A stretch of 64,000 nucleotides of DNA from Elusimicrobiota bacterium (lineage in GTDB: Bacteria > Elusimicrobiota > Elusimicrobia > UBA1565 > UBA9628). The notes under the pieces were generated by a model, which searched no databases, had not been told where the DNA came from, and saw only the letters and a program-made list of their open reading frames with translations. The translations under genes and the position numbers were made by a program. Below are positions 8,569-17,502 of this stretch, one piece after another; the stretch's first letter is position 1; every line of letters starts with the position of its first letter. The stretch covers positions 8,117-72,116 of the forward strand of contig JAPLKL010000069.1 of the NCBI GenBank assembly GCA_026388095.1, written 5' to 3'.

Positions 8569-9591
8569 CTATTTCCCTGCTCCCGGGTAGCGCGGCGGCA
8601 CGCGCAGGCCGCGCGCCGCGAGCATGGAGGCCAGGCGGCCGGGGTCGTCCGTGATGATGCCGTCCACGCCCCAGGACAGGAGCTTGGCGACGAGGCCGGC
8701 ATCGAATGTGGTCCCGAGCTTCTCGGGCCAGCTCCACACGACGACCTTGAGGCCCAGGCGGTGGGCCTCGGCGAGCGCCGCCTGGGTCAGCTCGGCGTCC
8801 TCGGGCTCCCAGGCGAAGCCGCCCAGGGCCTTGACCATCCTGGGGATGGAGCCGCCGTAGTCCTTGACGAGCGCGCCCCCGGTCCAGAGTCCCGCGGCCT
8901 TGGGGTCCTCGCCGTAGAAGCTGTCCGGCCCGCCGGGCTCGTTGTCCCGAGAGGTCAGGTAGGCGGTCTTGACGTTCCGGTCCAGCCGCCGCAGCTCGGA
9001 GAGGCAGCGCCAATCGAAGGCCTGGATCTCGGCGCGGCCGATGATGCCTTCCTCCTTGAGGATCCGGTGGAGGGCCTGGGCGAAAGCCTTGGGGTCCGGG
9101 CTGCGCTCCGGCTGGGCCGGGTCGGTCTTCATCTCGATCTGGAAGCCCATCTTATGCCGGGCGGCCTTCTCGACATAGCGCGCGACTTCGCGCAAAGTGG
9201 GCATGTGCGTGCCGTCCACCGGGACTTGGTCAGGGAAGAACTTGGCGTAAGCGCTCTCCGGGTTCAAGCGGCCCACGTCGAAGCTCTGGAGCTCGCGGAG
9301 CGTGAGGTCCTTGGCCGCGGGGCCCTTGGTGATGTAGCGCCCGGCGCTGTCGCGGGCGAGGTTCGGGCTGACCAGGAGGTCGTGGGAGACCAGCACTTCG
9401 CCGTCCTTGGTGAGCACGACGTCCATGTCCACCCAGTCCGCGCCGATGCTCAGAGCGGCCCGATAGGCGGGCAGGGTGTTCTCCGGGGCGAAGGAGCGGC
9501 CGCCGCGGTGGGCGTAGACCTGCACGGAGCCGGCGGGCGCGGCGGGCGCGGCCAGGACGAACGCCGAGAGCAGGGTCGTGAGTTGGGTCAT
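8569..9591 (-). CDS. Glycerophosphodiester phosphodiesterase (GDPD family) with signal peptide
   Basis: Motifs YAHRGG, PENTLPA and DxD...E/H match GDPD. The N-terminus is a hydrophobic signal peptide. A GAGG RBS is present. Confidence 0.85.
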   Translation of the reverse strand: MTQLTTLLSAFVLAAPAAPAGSVQVYAHRGGRSFAPENTLPAYRAALSIGADWVDMDVVLTKDGEVLVSHDLLVSPNLARDSAGRYITKGPAAKDLTLRELQSFDVGRLNPESAYAKFFPDQVPVDGTHMPTLREVARYVEKAARHKMGFQIEMKTDPAQPERSPDPKAFAQALHRILKEEGIIGRAEIQAFDWRCLSELRRLDRNVKTAYLTSRDNEPGGPDSFYGEDPKAAGLWTGGALVKDYGGSIPRMVKALGGFAWEPEDAELTQAALAEAHRLGLKVVVWSWPEKLGTTFDAGLVAKLLSWGVDGIITDDPGRLASMLAARGLRVPPRYPGAGK

Positions 9592-10261
9592 GTCGCCTCA
9601 GCGCCCCGGGGCGCTGTCCCCATTGTACTATCTTTGCGGAATGCGACAGGCATGACGGCGGTCATGGGTTGCACCCACTGAAAGCAGGTAGGCTGGCGAA
9701 ATGCCGTACCGGCCCTGGCGGCGCAGAGCGCCGCCAGGCGCGCGCCCCGCTATTCCTCTGGGGCGCGCAACCTCATGAAAGCACATTGTCCCGGAATCGT
9801 ACATGCCTGTCCGTGATGGCTGGCCGCAAGCAGAAGACCGATATGGCGCGGTCCGCTTGCGCACCAGCCTCCGGATGGGGTCACAGCCCTCTATTGAGGT
9901 TGCGCGCGTGAGAGGAAAGGACGCGCGCGGGTTCCGGCGCCGGGCGCCGGAACCTCCATTGTGATGGGCTTTCTGGATGACTGCAAAAGACGGCGCCTGC
10001 GGTATCGGAAGTTCCACCGGTGCCGGCCGGACGGATCTCCTTACGGCCGGCGACTTCGCGAGATAAAAGTATTTATGCCACCAGCGCTTTTTGATATTTC
10101 ACCGCCAGCGCTGGAGGTAATGTGACGAAAAATACATGCGCCGCCAACACTTTCTTGTTCAGAAGTCGCCGCGCTTGGCGCGACTCGACGGTCGGTGAAA
10201 ATCACCTACTTATCTTGGGTGCGCCCGCGGTCATGGCTTCGGGATAGGCCTCGGGCGAGAC

Positions 10262-11683
10262 TCAGAGCTTCTGCCGCAGCAAAGCGTCCATATCGAAGCT
10301 CGCGGCATCCGCCGCGCGGGGCGCCACCCCGAGACGTTCTCTGAGATAATCCAGAGCCTGTCGCGCGCGCCGGATATGGTAGCGTTCGGACGCCTCCTGC
10401 AGCATGGGCGCCGCGAGAAGCGGCATCCGGGCCTGGAGATATCTGAGCCCGGTCATCTCCAGGAGCTCCTCATGACGCATGCCGGTATCCCGGGGCAGGT
10501 CCGCCGCGTAAGGGGAGATCTGCGGAGCCGGGACCTCGCGAGGCGACACGGCCGACGGCTCGCGATGCTGCAGGACTTCGTCGATCGCGCGGCTCCAGAG
10601 GAAGGCCAGGGTCCAATTCCCCTCCATGGAAAGATGTATCCCGTCCACGATGAAAGGGAACGACAGGACGCCCCGCGGCGAGGCCCGGACGATGAAGTCC
10701 CGCAGTCCGACGACGTGCCCGCCGAAACGGCGCGCGGACCGTTTCCAGCATTCGCCGCGTTCGATGATCCGGTCGTCGCCCCTCACCAAGGATCGCGCCA
10801 GCGAATCGGGATCGCAGCCCTTGGTGAGCCGGCAGACCAGCAGCCGGCGATAGTCGCCGTCGCAGGCGTCCAGGAAGGAGCCCAGCGATCCGTCCCCCGC
10901 CTCGCGCCTGCGCGTGTACTCCAGAGACGTCACGGTGCTCTGGACGGGCGTGGTCACCACGGTCTCAGCGCCCATCTGCCGGGCCGTCTGAACCAGCAGA
11001 TCCGTCCAGGCTTGGAAAGCGAGGTCCGCGTCGCACCGGTCGTGCCCCGGGAACTGAGGGCCGCCCCGTTGACGGAGCAGCGAGATCAGGAGGTCGGGCC
11101 CCCGCGCCCTCACGGTCCAGAGCAGATGGGAACGCTCCACGAGCCGCCGCCAAAGGCCATGCGCCTTCGGCCGGCTCAAGGGCAGGCACGCCTCGGAGTC
11201 CGTGTCGAAGCGGTCGTTCACCCCTTGATAGAAGATGATGAGGTCCGGCTGGTATCGTCTTATGGCGAGCAGGTAGTAGTAGGCATCCATGGCCATCGAG
11301 CCGGCGCGCCCCATGTTGACGACCGTGATGGGCCGGTCCGGCAGCCTGGCGCGCAGGAAGTCGCGGAGCATGGTGGGCGCGCTGCCGAAAGGCCCCCAAG
11401 GACTGCCCTGGACACTCGACTCTCCGAAGACGAACACGCGCAGCTCTCCCTTCCGGCGCCGCCGGCCCAGGGGCGCGCCCGGGCGGTGGTCCGATATCCC
11501 GTGGTCGCTGATGCGGTAGTTCACCAGCGGCAGCCGACTGACGTAGACGCCTTCTTTCAACAGCACCGGCGCCGGCACCGGGAGGAAGAGCCGAGTCAGG
11601 AGTTCGAGGGCCGAGACCGTCAAGACGAAGCTGGCCGCCGATAGCGCCACCCGCGGCAGCAGGAAGCGCAGGGCCTTGCGCAT
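10262..11683 (-). CDS. SGNH/GDSL-family hydrolase, membrane-anchored
   Basis: Start MRKALRFLLP was chosen within the longer track ORF, 2 nt after the upstream stop. The protein has an N-terminal TM helix. VFVFGESSVQGSPWG is a GDS(L)-type block I, and a later D...H lies near the C-terminus. Confidence 0.65.
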   Translation of the reverse strand: MRKALRFLLPRVALSAASFVLTVSALELLTRLFLPVPAPVLLKEGVYVSRLPLVNYRISDHGISDHRPGAPLGRRRRKGELRVFVFGESSVQGSPWGPFGSAPTMLRDFLRARLPDRPITVVNMGRAGSMAMDAYYYLLAIRRYQPDLIIFYQGVNDRFDTDSEACLPLSRPKAHGLWRRLVERSHLLWTVRARGPDLLISLLRQRGGPQFPGHDRCDADLAFQAWTDLLVQTARQMGAETVVTTPVQSTVTSLEYTRRREAGDGSLGSFLDACDGDYRRLLVCRLTKGCDPDSLARSLVRGDDRIIERGECWKRSARRFGGHVVGLRDFIVRASPRGVLSFPFIVDGIHLSMEGNWTLAFLWSRAIDEVLQHREPSAVSPREVPAPQISPYAADLPRDTGMRHEELLEMTGLRYLQARMPLLAAPMLQEASERYHIRRARQALDYLRERLGVAPRAADAASFDMDALLRQKL

Positions 11684-11685
11684 GC

Positions 11686-12711
11686 CTACCCGCGGCGCCT
11701 GCGCGCCAGCACCCCGGGCTTGGGGACCAATCCGTGGGGCAGGACCTTGAGCACGTCGAAGCCCGCCTCTTCGCACCAGGCGGCCAGCTCCTCCTTGGTG
11801 TGGTGGGACTGGAACGGCGGAGAGAGCCAATCGAAGTTCTCGATGAGCCGGACCCGGTAGCTCGGGTGCACGGAGAAGGTCAGGTACTTCACCAGGGGCA
11901 GGGCTCCCAGCGCGGCCAGCGGGGAGCACAGCAGGTAGACCAAAGCCAGCGGCAGGCGCGTCGTGAACACGCGCAGGCAGTCGCTGAGCAGATGCCTCGC
12001 CCCCACCACGAACCAGGCCAGACGCCGGTGCTCCTCCACCCAGGCCCGCTCCGGCCGCAGAGGATTCGTCGCGAAATCCTCGAAGCTCCCGGCCTTGCCG
12101 TAGAGCCACACGCTCAGAAGCCCCCCCGGCTTGACCAGCCTGGCCACGGCCAGGAACGCCTCATGCGCATCCTTGGTGTGATGCAGGACCCCGTGGCTGT
12201 AGACGAGATCGAAGAACCCGGCCCGGAACGGCGGCTTGAGCAGGTCGCCCTGCACCACGTGCAGGCGCTCCTCCTCGCGAGCGAAGGGCGCCAGCCTGGC
12301 CAGGCTCCCGGACAGGTCCACCCCCGCCACCTCCGCGCCCAGAGACAGCGCCACCAAGGTGTAGCGTCCCATGCCGCAGCCCGCGTCGAGCACGGTCTTG
12401 CCCTGCAGCTCTGCGGCCTCCAGCTGGCACTCCTCCAGGAACACCGCCTGGTCCTCGGCCAAGGAGCCCGGATAGCGCGACCACTCCCAAGTGAAGCTCC
12501 GGCTCGTCGCGGCCACGCGCGCATCGATCTGCTCCTCGAGCAGGAGCCGCGGCACGGACTCGGCGATCGGATACTCGCGGCGGCAGGAGCCGCAGGCCAG
12601 GCTGCCCGCCTCGATGTCCGCCTTCGGCTCCGGCATCACGCTCAAGCTCGCGAAGCGCATTGGCGCGCCGCAGCAGGGCGACGCCAGCCAACCCAGCAGA
12701 CCCATCTTCAT
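11686..12711 (-). CDS. SAM-dependent methyltransferase with N-terminal Trm112-like zinc ribbon
   Basis: The MKMG start overlaps the upstream stop as ATGA. CCGAP...CGSCRREYPIAESVPRLL is a Trm112p-like CxxC...CxxC ribbon. VLDAGCGMGRY is SAM motif I. Confidence 0.7.
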   Translation of the reverse strand: MKMGLLGWLASPCCGAPMRFASLSVMPEPKADIEAGSLACGSCRREYPIAESVPRLLLEEQIDARVAATSRSFTWEWSRYPGSLAEDQAVFLEECQLEAAELQGKTVLDAGCGMGRYTLVALSLGAEVAGVDLSGSLARLAPFAREEERLHVVQGDLLKPPFRAGFFDLVYSHGVLHHTKDAHEAFLAVARLVKPGGLLSVWLYGKAGSFEDFATNPLRPERAWVEEHRRLAWFVVGARHLLSDCLRVFTTRLPLALVYLLCSPLAALGALPLVKYLTFSVHPSYRVRLIENFDWLSPPFQSHHTKEELAAWCEEAGFDVLKVLPHGLVPKPGVLARRRRG

Positions 12712-13700
12712 GCCTTCATCCTCCGCAGGAAGTCCTTGATCCCGCCCAAAGTGAGCCCCACGCGGTAGAGGAAGACCAGCCCCATGCCCGTCACCAGGAC
12801 GAACGTGCACATGTGCAGGAACACCGCGTAAGCCAAAGCCTCGGGGGGCGCGGCGCCCAGCTTGACCACGATCGATTTCACCAAAGACTCGAAGGTCCCG
12901 ATCCCGCCCGGCGCCGCGGGCAAAGCCGCGCCCGCTCCGGCCCAGGAGAGCACGAGGATGGCCCGCGGATAATCGATCCAGCCCTGCAGCCCCAGAGCGA
13001 AGGCCCCCAGCCGGAACACCAGCGCATCGACCGACCAAAGCGCCAAGCTCAGGGCCGCCACGGGGATGAGAGCCCGCGGCTGGCGCAGCACCGCCGCGCC
13101 CAAGGCCAGGTGCGTCATGATCTCGTGGACCTTGCGCCACGAGCGCAGGCGGCGCTCCACGAACCCCCCCGGCTCCAGGCTGCGCTCCGCCAAGGTGAGG
13201 AAGAGCAGGCCGCCGACCACCGCCGCCAGCAGCGCCGCGGCGACTTGACGCAGGTGGGCATCGACGATGCCGGGCTGCAAGGCCGCGGCGGTGACGAAAA
13301 GGGTCAGCAGCGCCGCCACGTCCAAGACGCGCTCGACCACCACGCTCGCCAGGACGGTGGCCAGAGGCACACGCAGCCTCTCGGCCGCCAGCACCGCGCG
13401 CAGCAGCTCGCCCAGACGGGCGAAGAGCAGATTGTTGACCGCCAAGCCGATGGTGGAAAGCCGGAACAGCTCGCCCAACGGCGCCTTCACGGCCCCCGAG
13501 AGCAGGATGCGCCAGCGCAGAGCGCGCAGCCCGATGTCCGCGAACATGATGATGAAGATGATCCCGGGCAGCCAGCGCCAGCGCGCGCCGGCCAGAGCCC
13601 GGCCCAGGTCCGCGTACTGCACGTTGCGCAGGGCCAAAGCCAGGAAGAGCCCCGTAAATCCCAAGGCCACCGCCACGGACAGGATCTTGCGGCGGCTCAC
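12708..13700 (-). CDS. Flippase-like membrane protein (lysyl-PG synthase TM region / UPF0104 family)
   Basis: A GTG start at 13700 overlaps the YfhO stop as GTGA. The protein is 330 aa and polytopic (..WRWLPGIIFIIMFADIGLRALRW..). The upstream part of the track ORF cannot be real because it lies on the same strand as the YfhO-like gene and is occupied by it. Confidence 0.6.
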   Translation of the reverse strand: MSRRKILSVAVALGFTGLFLALALRNVQYADLGRALAGARWRWLPGIIFIIMFADIGLRALRWRILLSGAVKAPLGELFRLSTIGLAVNNLLFARLGELLRAVLAAERLRVPLATVLASVVVERVLDVAALLTLFVTAAALQPGIVDAHLRQVAAALLAAVVGGLLFLTLAERSLEPGGFVERRLRSWRKVHEIMTHLALGAAVLRQPRALIPVAALSLALWSVDALVFRLGAFALGLQGWIDYPRAILVLSWAGAGAALPAAPGGIGTFESLVKSIVVKLGAAPPEALAYAVFLHMCTFVLVTGMGLVFLYRVGLTLGGIKDFLRRMKA

Positions 13701-15544
13701 AGCGCCCCCGCCCGCAGCAGGGCTCCGCAGGAAGCCAACCAGGCGGACCAAGCCAGGAGCCCGATCAGGACGAAAATGGTCCAATGGACCGGCCGAAAAT
13801 CCAGGCGCAGGTCCACGTCCCGGCCCGCCGCACCCGGCGGCATGCGCACGGCCTGGAAGAAACCCCATGGCTCCAAGACCGCGGGAGCCCCGTCCAGCCA
13901 GGCGCGCCAGCCCGGATAGGCCGGGACCGTCGCCACCAGACGCTGCGCACCGGGCGGCGCCCGGCCCGCGATCCGCCAGCGCTCCGGCCTCGGAGACCCG
14001 ATGTCCAATGACGCCGCCTCCGGCCCCCCCGCGGAGGTGAAGAAAGCCAGCGGCAGAGCGCCGGCATTGGGCACAAGCTCGCCCTCGGCCGTCAGCCGAT
14101 AGGCGACCCCGGCCAGACGCATCAGCGGCGTGTCGGCGCGGGACAGATAGGAGCGGCTGGCGTCCGCGGCGGGCCTGCCCTCGCTGGCCGCGGCGAAGGC
14201 GGGGAAGCCCCCCAGGTAGAACGCGTCGTAGCCGTTGACGTTCATGGCCCGGTAGAGCATGGTCTTGTCCGCGCTGGCCAAGGCCGGGTCGCTGAGGATG
14301 CGCAAAGGCCGTCCGCCCGCGGCCCGGGCCAAAGCGGAGTTGACGGAGAGATAGCGGGCGGAGCTCTCCGACTTGACGAAGGGGCTTGCCCACGAGAGCA
14401 GCTGCACGAAGGCCGCGGCCAGAATGAAGGCCTTGAGCTCCGGCTTGAGCGAGCTTTCCCAGCGGCGCGCTCCGGCGCCGGCGGCCATGACCAGCCCCCA
14501 CAGGGACAAGAGGAGGTATCGCGACGGCGTCCTCAGCAGGCCGGCGGGCCCCGCGCTCGCGAGCCGGTAGAGCGGATTGTTCCAGCCCAGGGCCAGGAAC
14601 ACACCCAGCCCGATCAGCACCGCGGCGCGCCAGGCGCGCGCGCGCCACAGCCCGGCCGCGGCGGCCAAAAGCCCGGCCCAGCCGATGAAGACCCCGGAGG
14701 ACTCGAAGAACACCGACGGAACGTCTCCCCAGGTCCCGTCCAGGGGATTGCCCAGGGCGTTGGGCCAGAGCCAGGTGAGCAGGTCCCGCGGCGAGACCGA
14801 ATAGGCGGCGAGGAAGGATTGCGGCCAGTTCCGGCGCACGGAGAGGCTCACGAACCGCCAGGTGTCCGGCCATTGCATGATCGCCAGGACCGCCGCGCCC
14901 AAGCCCGCGCAGGCGAGCCGGCCCATGAGCCGGCCGCGCTCCTTGCGGCACAACGCCCAGGCCGCCATGCCTGCGGCGTTGGCGAGCAGGAACTGCGGAT
15001 GCCCGGAAAGGAACTGCAGGGCCCAGGCCGCGGCCAGCAAGCCCGGCCGGCAGGACAGGAATGCCAGCCAGCACCAAGGCACCCAGGCCAAGGCGGCGAG
15101 CAAGGTCGGTATGCCTTCGGTCACGCGGTAGAGGACGAAGGGCGAGAAGCAGTAGAGGCCGGCCAAGAAGAGCGCCGCTGCGGAGCTTAGGCCTTCGCGC
15201 CGCGCCAGCAGCAGCAGGCCCAGGCCGCCCCAGAGGATGTGCAGGGCGAAATCCCAGGACAAAGCCAAGGCCAGAGGCAGTATCCGGGAGAGCACGCTGA
15301 GCGGATAGAAAAGGCCGGCCTGGGAATTCGCCGAGAGCGGGCCGCCGCAGAAGATGTAGGGGTTCCAGAACGGCAGACGGCCCTCTTGCAGGGCGCCGCT
15401 GACCAAGGCGCGCAGGGGATGATGATAGGCGTAAAGGTCGCCGAACCCGGCCAGGGCCGCCGTCGGCGAGAAGACCGCCGGAGCGAGCAGCGCCAGGACC
15501 AGGCCGGAAAAAAGCGCGAATGCGCCGGAGTCTTTGGCCCTCAT
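13697..15544 (-). CDS. YfhO-family polytopic membrane protein (GT-C-like glycosyltransferase)
   Basis: 615 aa, more than 10 TM helices, N-terminal WNPYIFCGGP motif typical of YfhO/DUF2079-like glycan transferases. Confidence 0.75.
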   Translation of the reverse strand: MRAKDSGAFALFSGLVLALLAPAVFSPTAALAGFGDLYAYHHPLRALVSGALQEGRLPFWNPYIFCGGPLSANSQAGLFYPLSVLSRILPLALALSWDFALHILWGGLGLLLLARREGLSSAAALFLAGLYCFSPFVLYRVTEGIPTLLAALAWVPWCWLAFLSCRPGLLAAAWALQFLSGHPQFLLANAAGMAAWALCRKERGRLMGRLACAGLGAAVLAIMQWPDTWRFVSLSVRRNWPQSFLAAYSVSPRDLLTWLWPNALGNPLDGTWGDVPSVFFESSGVFIGWAGLLAAAAGLWRARAWRAAVLIGLGVFLALGWNNPLYRLASAGPAGLLRTPSRYLLLSLWGLVMAAGAGARRWESSLKPELKAFILAAAFVQLLSWASPFVKSESSARYLSVNSALARAAGGRPLRILSDPALASADKTMLYRAMNVNGYDAFYLGGFPAFAAASEGRPAADASRSYLSRADTPLMRLAGVAYRLTAEGELVPNAGALPLAFFTSAGGPEAASLDIGSPRPERWRIAGRAPPGAQRLVATVPAYPGWRAWLDGAPAVLEPWGFFQAVRMPPGAAGRDVDLRLDFRPVHWTIFVLIGLLAWSAWLASCGALLRAGAL

Positions 15545-15549
15545 AGCGG

Positions 15550-17502
15550 TCAGCGGGAGGCGAAGCCTGCCCGCGCTCGCCGAAGGGCGAGATTATACCA
15601 ATATAGCCCGAACGCCGACAGGAATACCGCGGTCAGGAGCAGGCCCGCGCGCCAGGAGGCCGGATCGTAGAAGAACCGCAGGCGCCAAGGCCCTTGCGGC
15701 ACTCGGACCTTCTGGAACGCGCCCCAGGCGGGCAGGACCTCCACGAGGCGCGCGGCCCCGCCAGCCTCCAGCATCGTTTTCCAGCCGGGATAGCGGGGCT
15801 CGGCCACGAAGGCCCAGCCGGCCTGGGTCCCGGCTACCTCGAATCGGTCGTCCCGCGGCCACGACTCGGGCAGGGGTTCGGCCGCGGCCGGCAGCGGCGC
15901 GCCGGGAAGCTCCGCGGACAAAGCCTCGCCGGCGCGCTCATCGAGGGCCCAGGCCAGACCGGTCTTGCCGGCCGCGCGATAGGCGTGCCAGAGGACCTCT
16001 CCGGCCGGCTGCAGCAGGGGAGTCGCGGGCACCGGGTCGCGCGTGAGCAAGATGCCGATCCCGGCTCCGGGCAGCAGACGCGCGGCGGCCGCGGCCGAGG
16101 GCTGGCGGTAAAGCAGGTCCATGAGGTCGTATGTGGTCCTGGGCACCAGCGGCTCCCCGAAGTTGCCCGCCGCGCGCAGCCGGTACGGATCGTTGGTGAG
16201 GCCGTAGAGGCGCCATTTCCAATCCCTGACGCCGAAGCCGCTGTGGCTTTCCAGCGCCTGGGGCGAGAGGAGATAGCGCCGGCCGCCGCTGTGTTCCTGC
16301 AGCCAAGGCGGCAAGGGCCCGGCGTCGGTGAAGAGCCCGCGCGGAGCCAGGGGGGCTTGGCCCACGCCGTAGCAGAGGAGCTCGCCGGCCAAGAGCAGGA
16401 CCAGCGGCGCCCGCCAGGAAGGCCGCAGCCTCTGCGCGCCCGCCGCCGCGAGCAGAGCCACGATGGGCCAACCCAGATAGGCCAGGTTGCCGGGGTAGCG
16501 GACGAAGCGCAGAGGAGCGAGATGCTGCCAGGCCGCGCGGGAGACCGCCGTCGCATCGCCCAGGATCAGGAACAACACCGTGCCGAGCAGCGCCGCCAAG
16601 CCCGCGGCCCGCCTGCGGCCCAGGCTCCAGAGGCCCCAGGCCGCCAGGAGGACGCCGGTGAAGCCCGCGTAGCTGGATCTGGTCCAATTGACCGCCGGAT
16701 TGAAGCCGGGGCTGAGCAGGGGGCTGACCCAAAGGGTCAGGTCGCGCCCGGAGTAGCCGAAAAGGAGAGTCTCCTCGATCCCCATGCCGCCGCTGCGCCG
16801 GGAGAGTCCGAGGAGTTCCGCTCCGGGCAGGAGCTGGCAGGCGGCCAGGCCCGCGGCCAAGGCCCCGGCCGCCAGCCAGCCTCGGCCCCAGGACCATGCC
16901 GGCTTGGCCAGGACCGCGCTCACCGCCCAGGCCAGCAGCGAGCCGCCGACCAAGAAGGGTGGATAGCCGGCCAGGAAAGCGGCGGCCAAGGTCAAAGCCA
17001 GCAGGGCCGGCCTGCGGAAGAAGAGCAGCAGCGCCGGCAGCAGGCTCAGAACGGCCAGATGATTGAGGAAGGGCATGCGGCTCAGAAGCCCGCCGCCCAG
17101 CACGAGGACCGCGGCGCCGGCCAGGGCGGCCGATGAGCGCAGGCGCAGGGAGCGCAGCCAGAGCCACATCAGCCAGCCGGCCAGCCAGTAGTGGAGGCCA
17201 TGGAAGCAGGCCGTGGCGGTGGCGAAGCCGAAGATCCGGAATGGGACCGTGCCGGGATAGAAGACGGCCCTCTGCATGTTGGCCGCCATGGGCATGCCGA
17301 AGTACAGGAAGGGGTCCCACGCCGGCAGCTGTCCCGCCTGCAGGAGCTGCGTCGAGGATTGCTGCCAGGGCAGGTGCAGATAGGTCAGGTCGCCCCAGAA
17401 CGGCATGAGCCCCCGCGACCAAGCCGGCGCGAAAAGCCCCAGGACCAGCAGAGCCAGCAGGGCGGCGGCCCACGCCTCCAACCTGGGCCTAGCCCGGTCC
17501 AT
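15550..17502 (-). CDS. YfhO-family polytopic membrane protein, paralogue of the previous gene
   Basis: 650 aa with a WDPFLYFGMP motif and the same architecture as its neighbour. Confidence 0.75.
   Translation of the reverse strand: MDRARPRLEAWAAALLALLVLGLFAPAWSRGLMPFWGDLTYLHLPWQQSSTQLLQAGQLPAWDPFLYFGMPMAANMQRAVFYPGTVPFRIFGFATATACFHGLHYWLAGWLMWLWLRSLRLRSSAALAGAAVLVLGGGLLSRMPFLNHLAVLSLLPALLLFFRRPALLALTLAAAFLAGYPPFLVGGSLLAWAVSAVLAKPAWSWGRGWLAAGALAAGLAACQLLPGAELLGLSRRSGGMGIEETLLFGYSGRDLTLWVSPLLSPGFNPAVNWTRSSYAGFTGVLLAAWGLWSLGRRRAAGLAALLGTVLFLILGDATAVSRAAWQHLAPLRFVRYPGNLAYLGWPIVALLAAAGAQRLRPSWRAPLVLLLAGELLCYGVGQAPLAPRGLFTDAGPLPPWLQEHSGGRRYLLSPQALESHSGFGVRDWKWRLYGLTNDPYRLRAAGNFGEPLVPRTTYDLMDLLYRQPSAAAAARLLPGAGIGILLTRDPVPATPLLQPAGEVLWHAYRAAGKTGLAWALDERAGEALSAELPGAPLPAAAEPLPESWPRDDRFEVAGTQAGWAFVAEPRYPGWKTMLEAGGAARLVEVLPAWGAFQKVRVPQGPWRLRFFYDPASWRAGLLLTAVFLSAFGLYWYNLALRRARAGFASR

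Noticed and set aside
10160-10195. AGTCGCCGCGC-ttg-GCGCGACT hairpin as a terminator of the SGNH-hydrolase operon
   Set aside because: The stem is imperfect and no U-tract follows on either strand. The 21-bp palindrome at 9932-9952 is an equally weak candidate.
12708-15077. The upstream 459 codons of the 789-aa minus ORF
   Set aside because: Only the last 330 codons (12708-13700) look like a real flippase-like membrane protein. The upstream part lies on the same strand as the convincing YfhO-like gene (13697-15544) and is occupied by it. It is Arg/Gly-rich frame noise.
15938-17473. 511-aa minus ORF in another frame of the YfhO paralogue locus; also the ORFs 17385-18830 and 18137-19072
   Set aside because: They are alternative-frame artefacts (Arg/Pro/Gly-rich) that overlap genes with strong family support.
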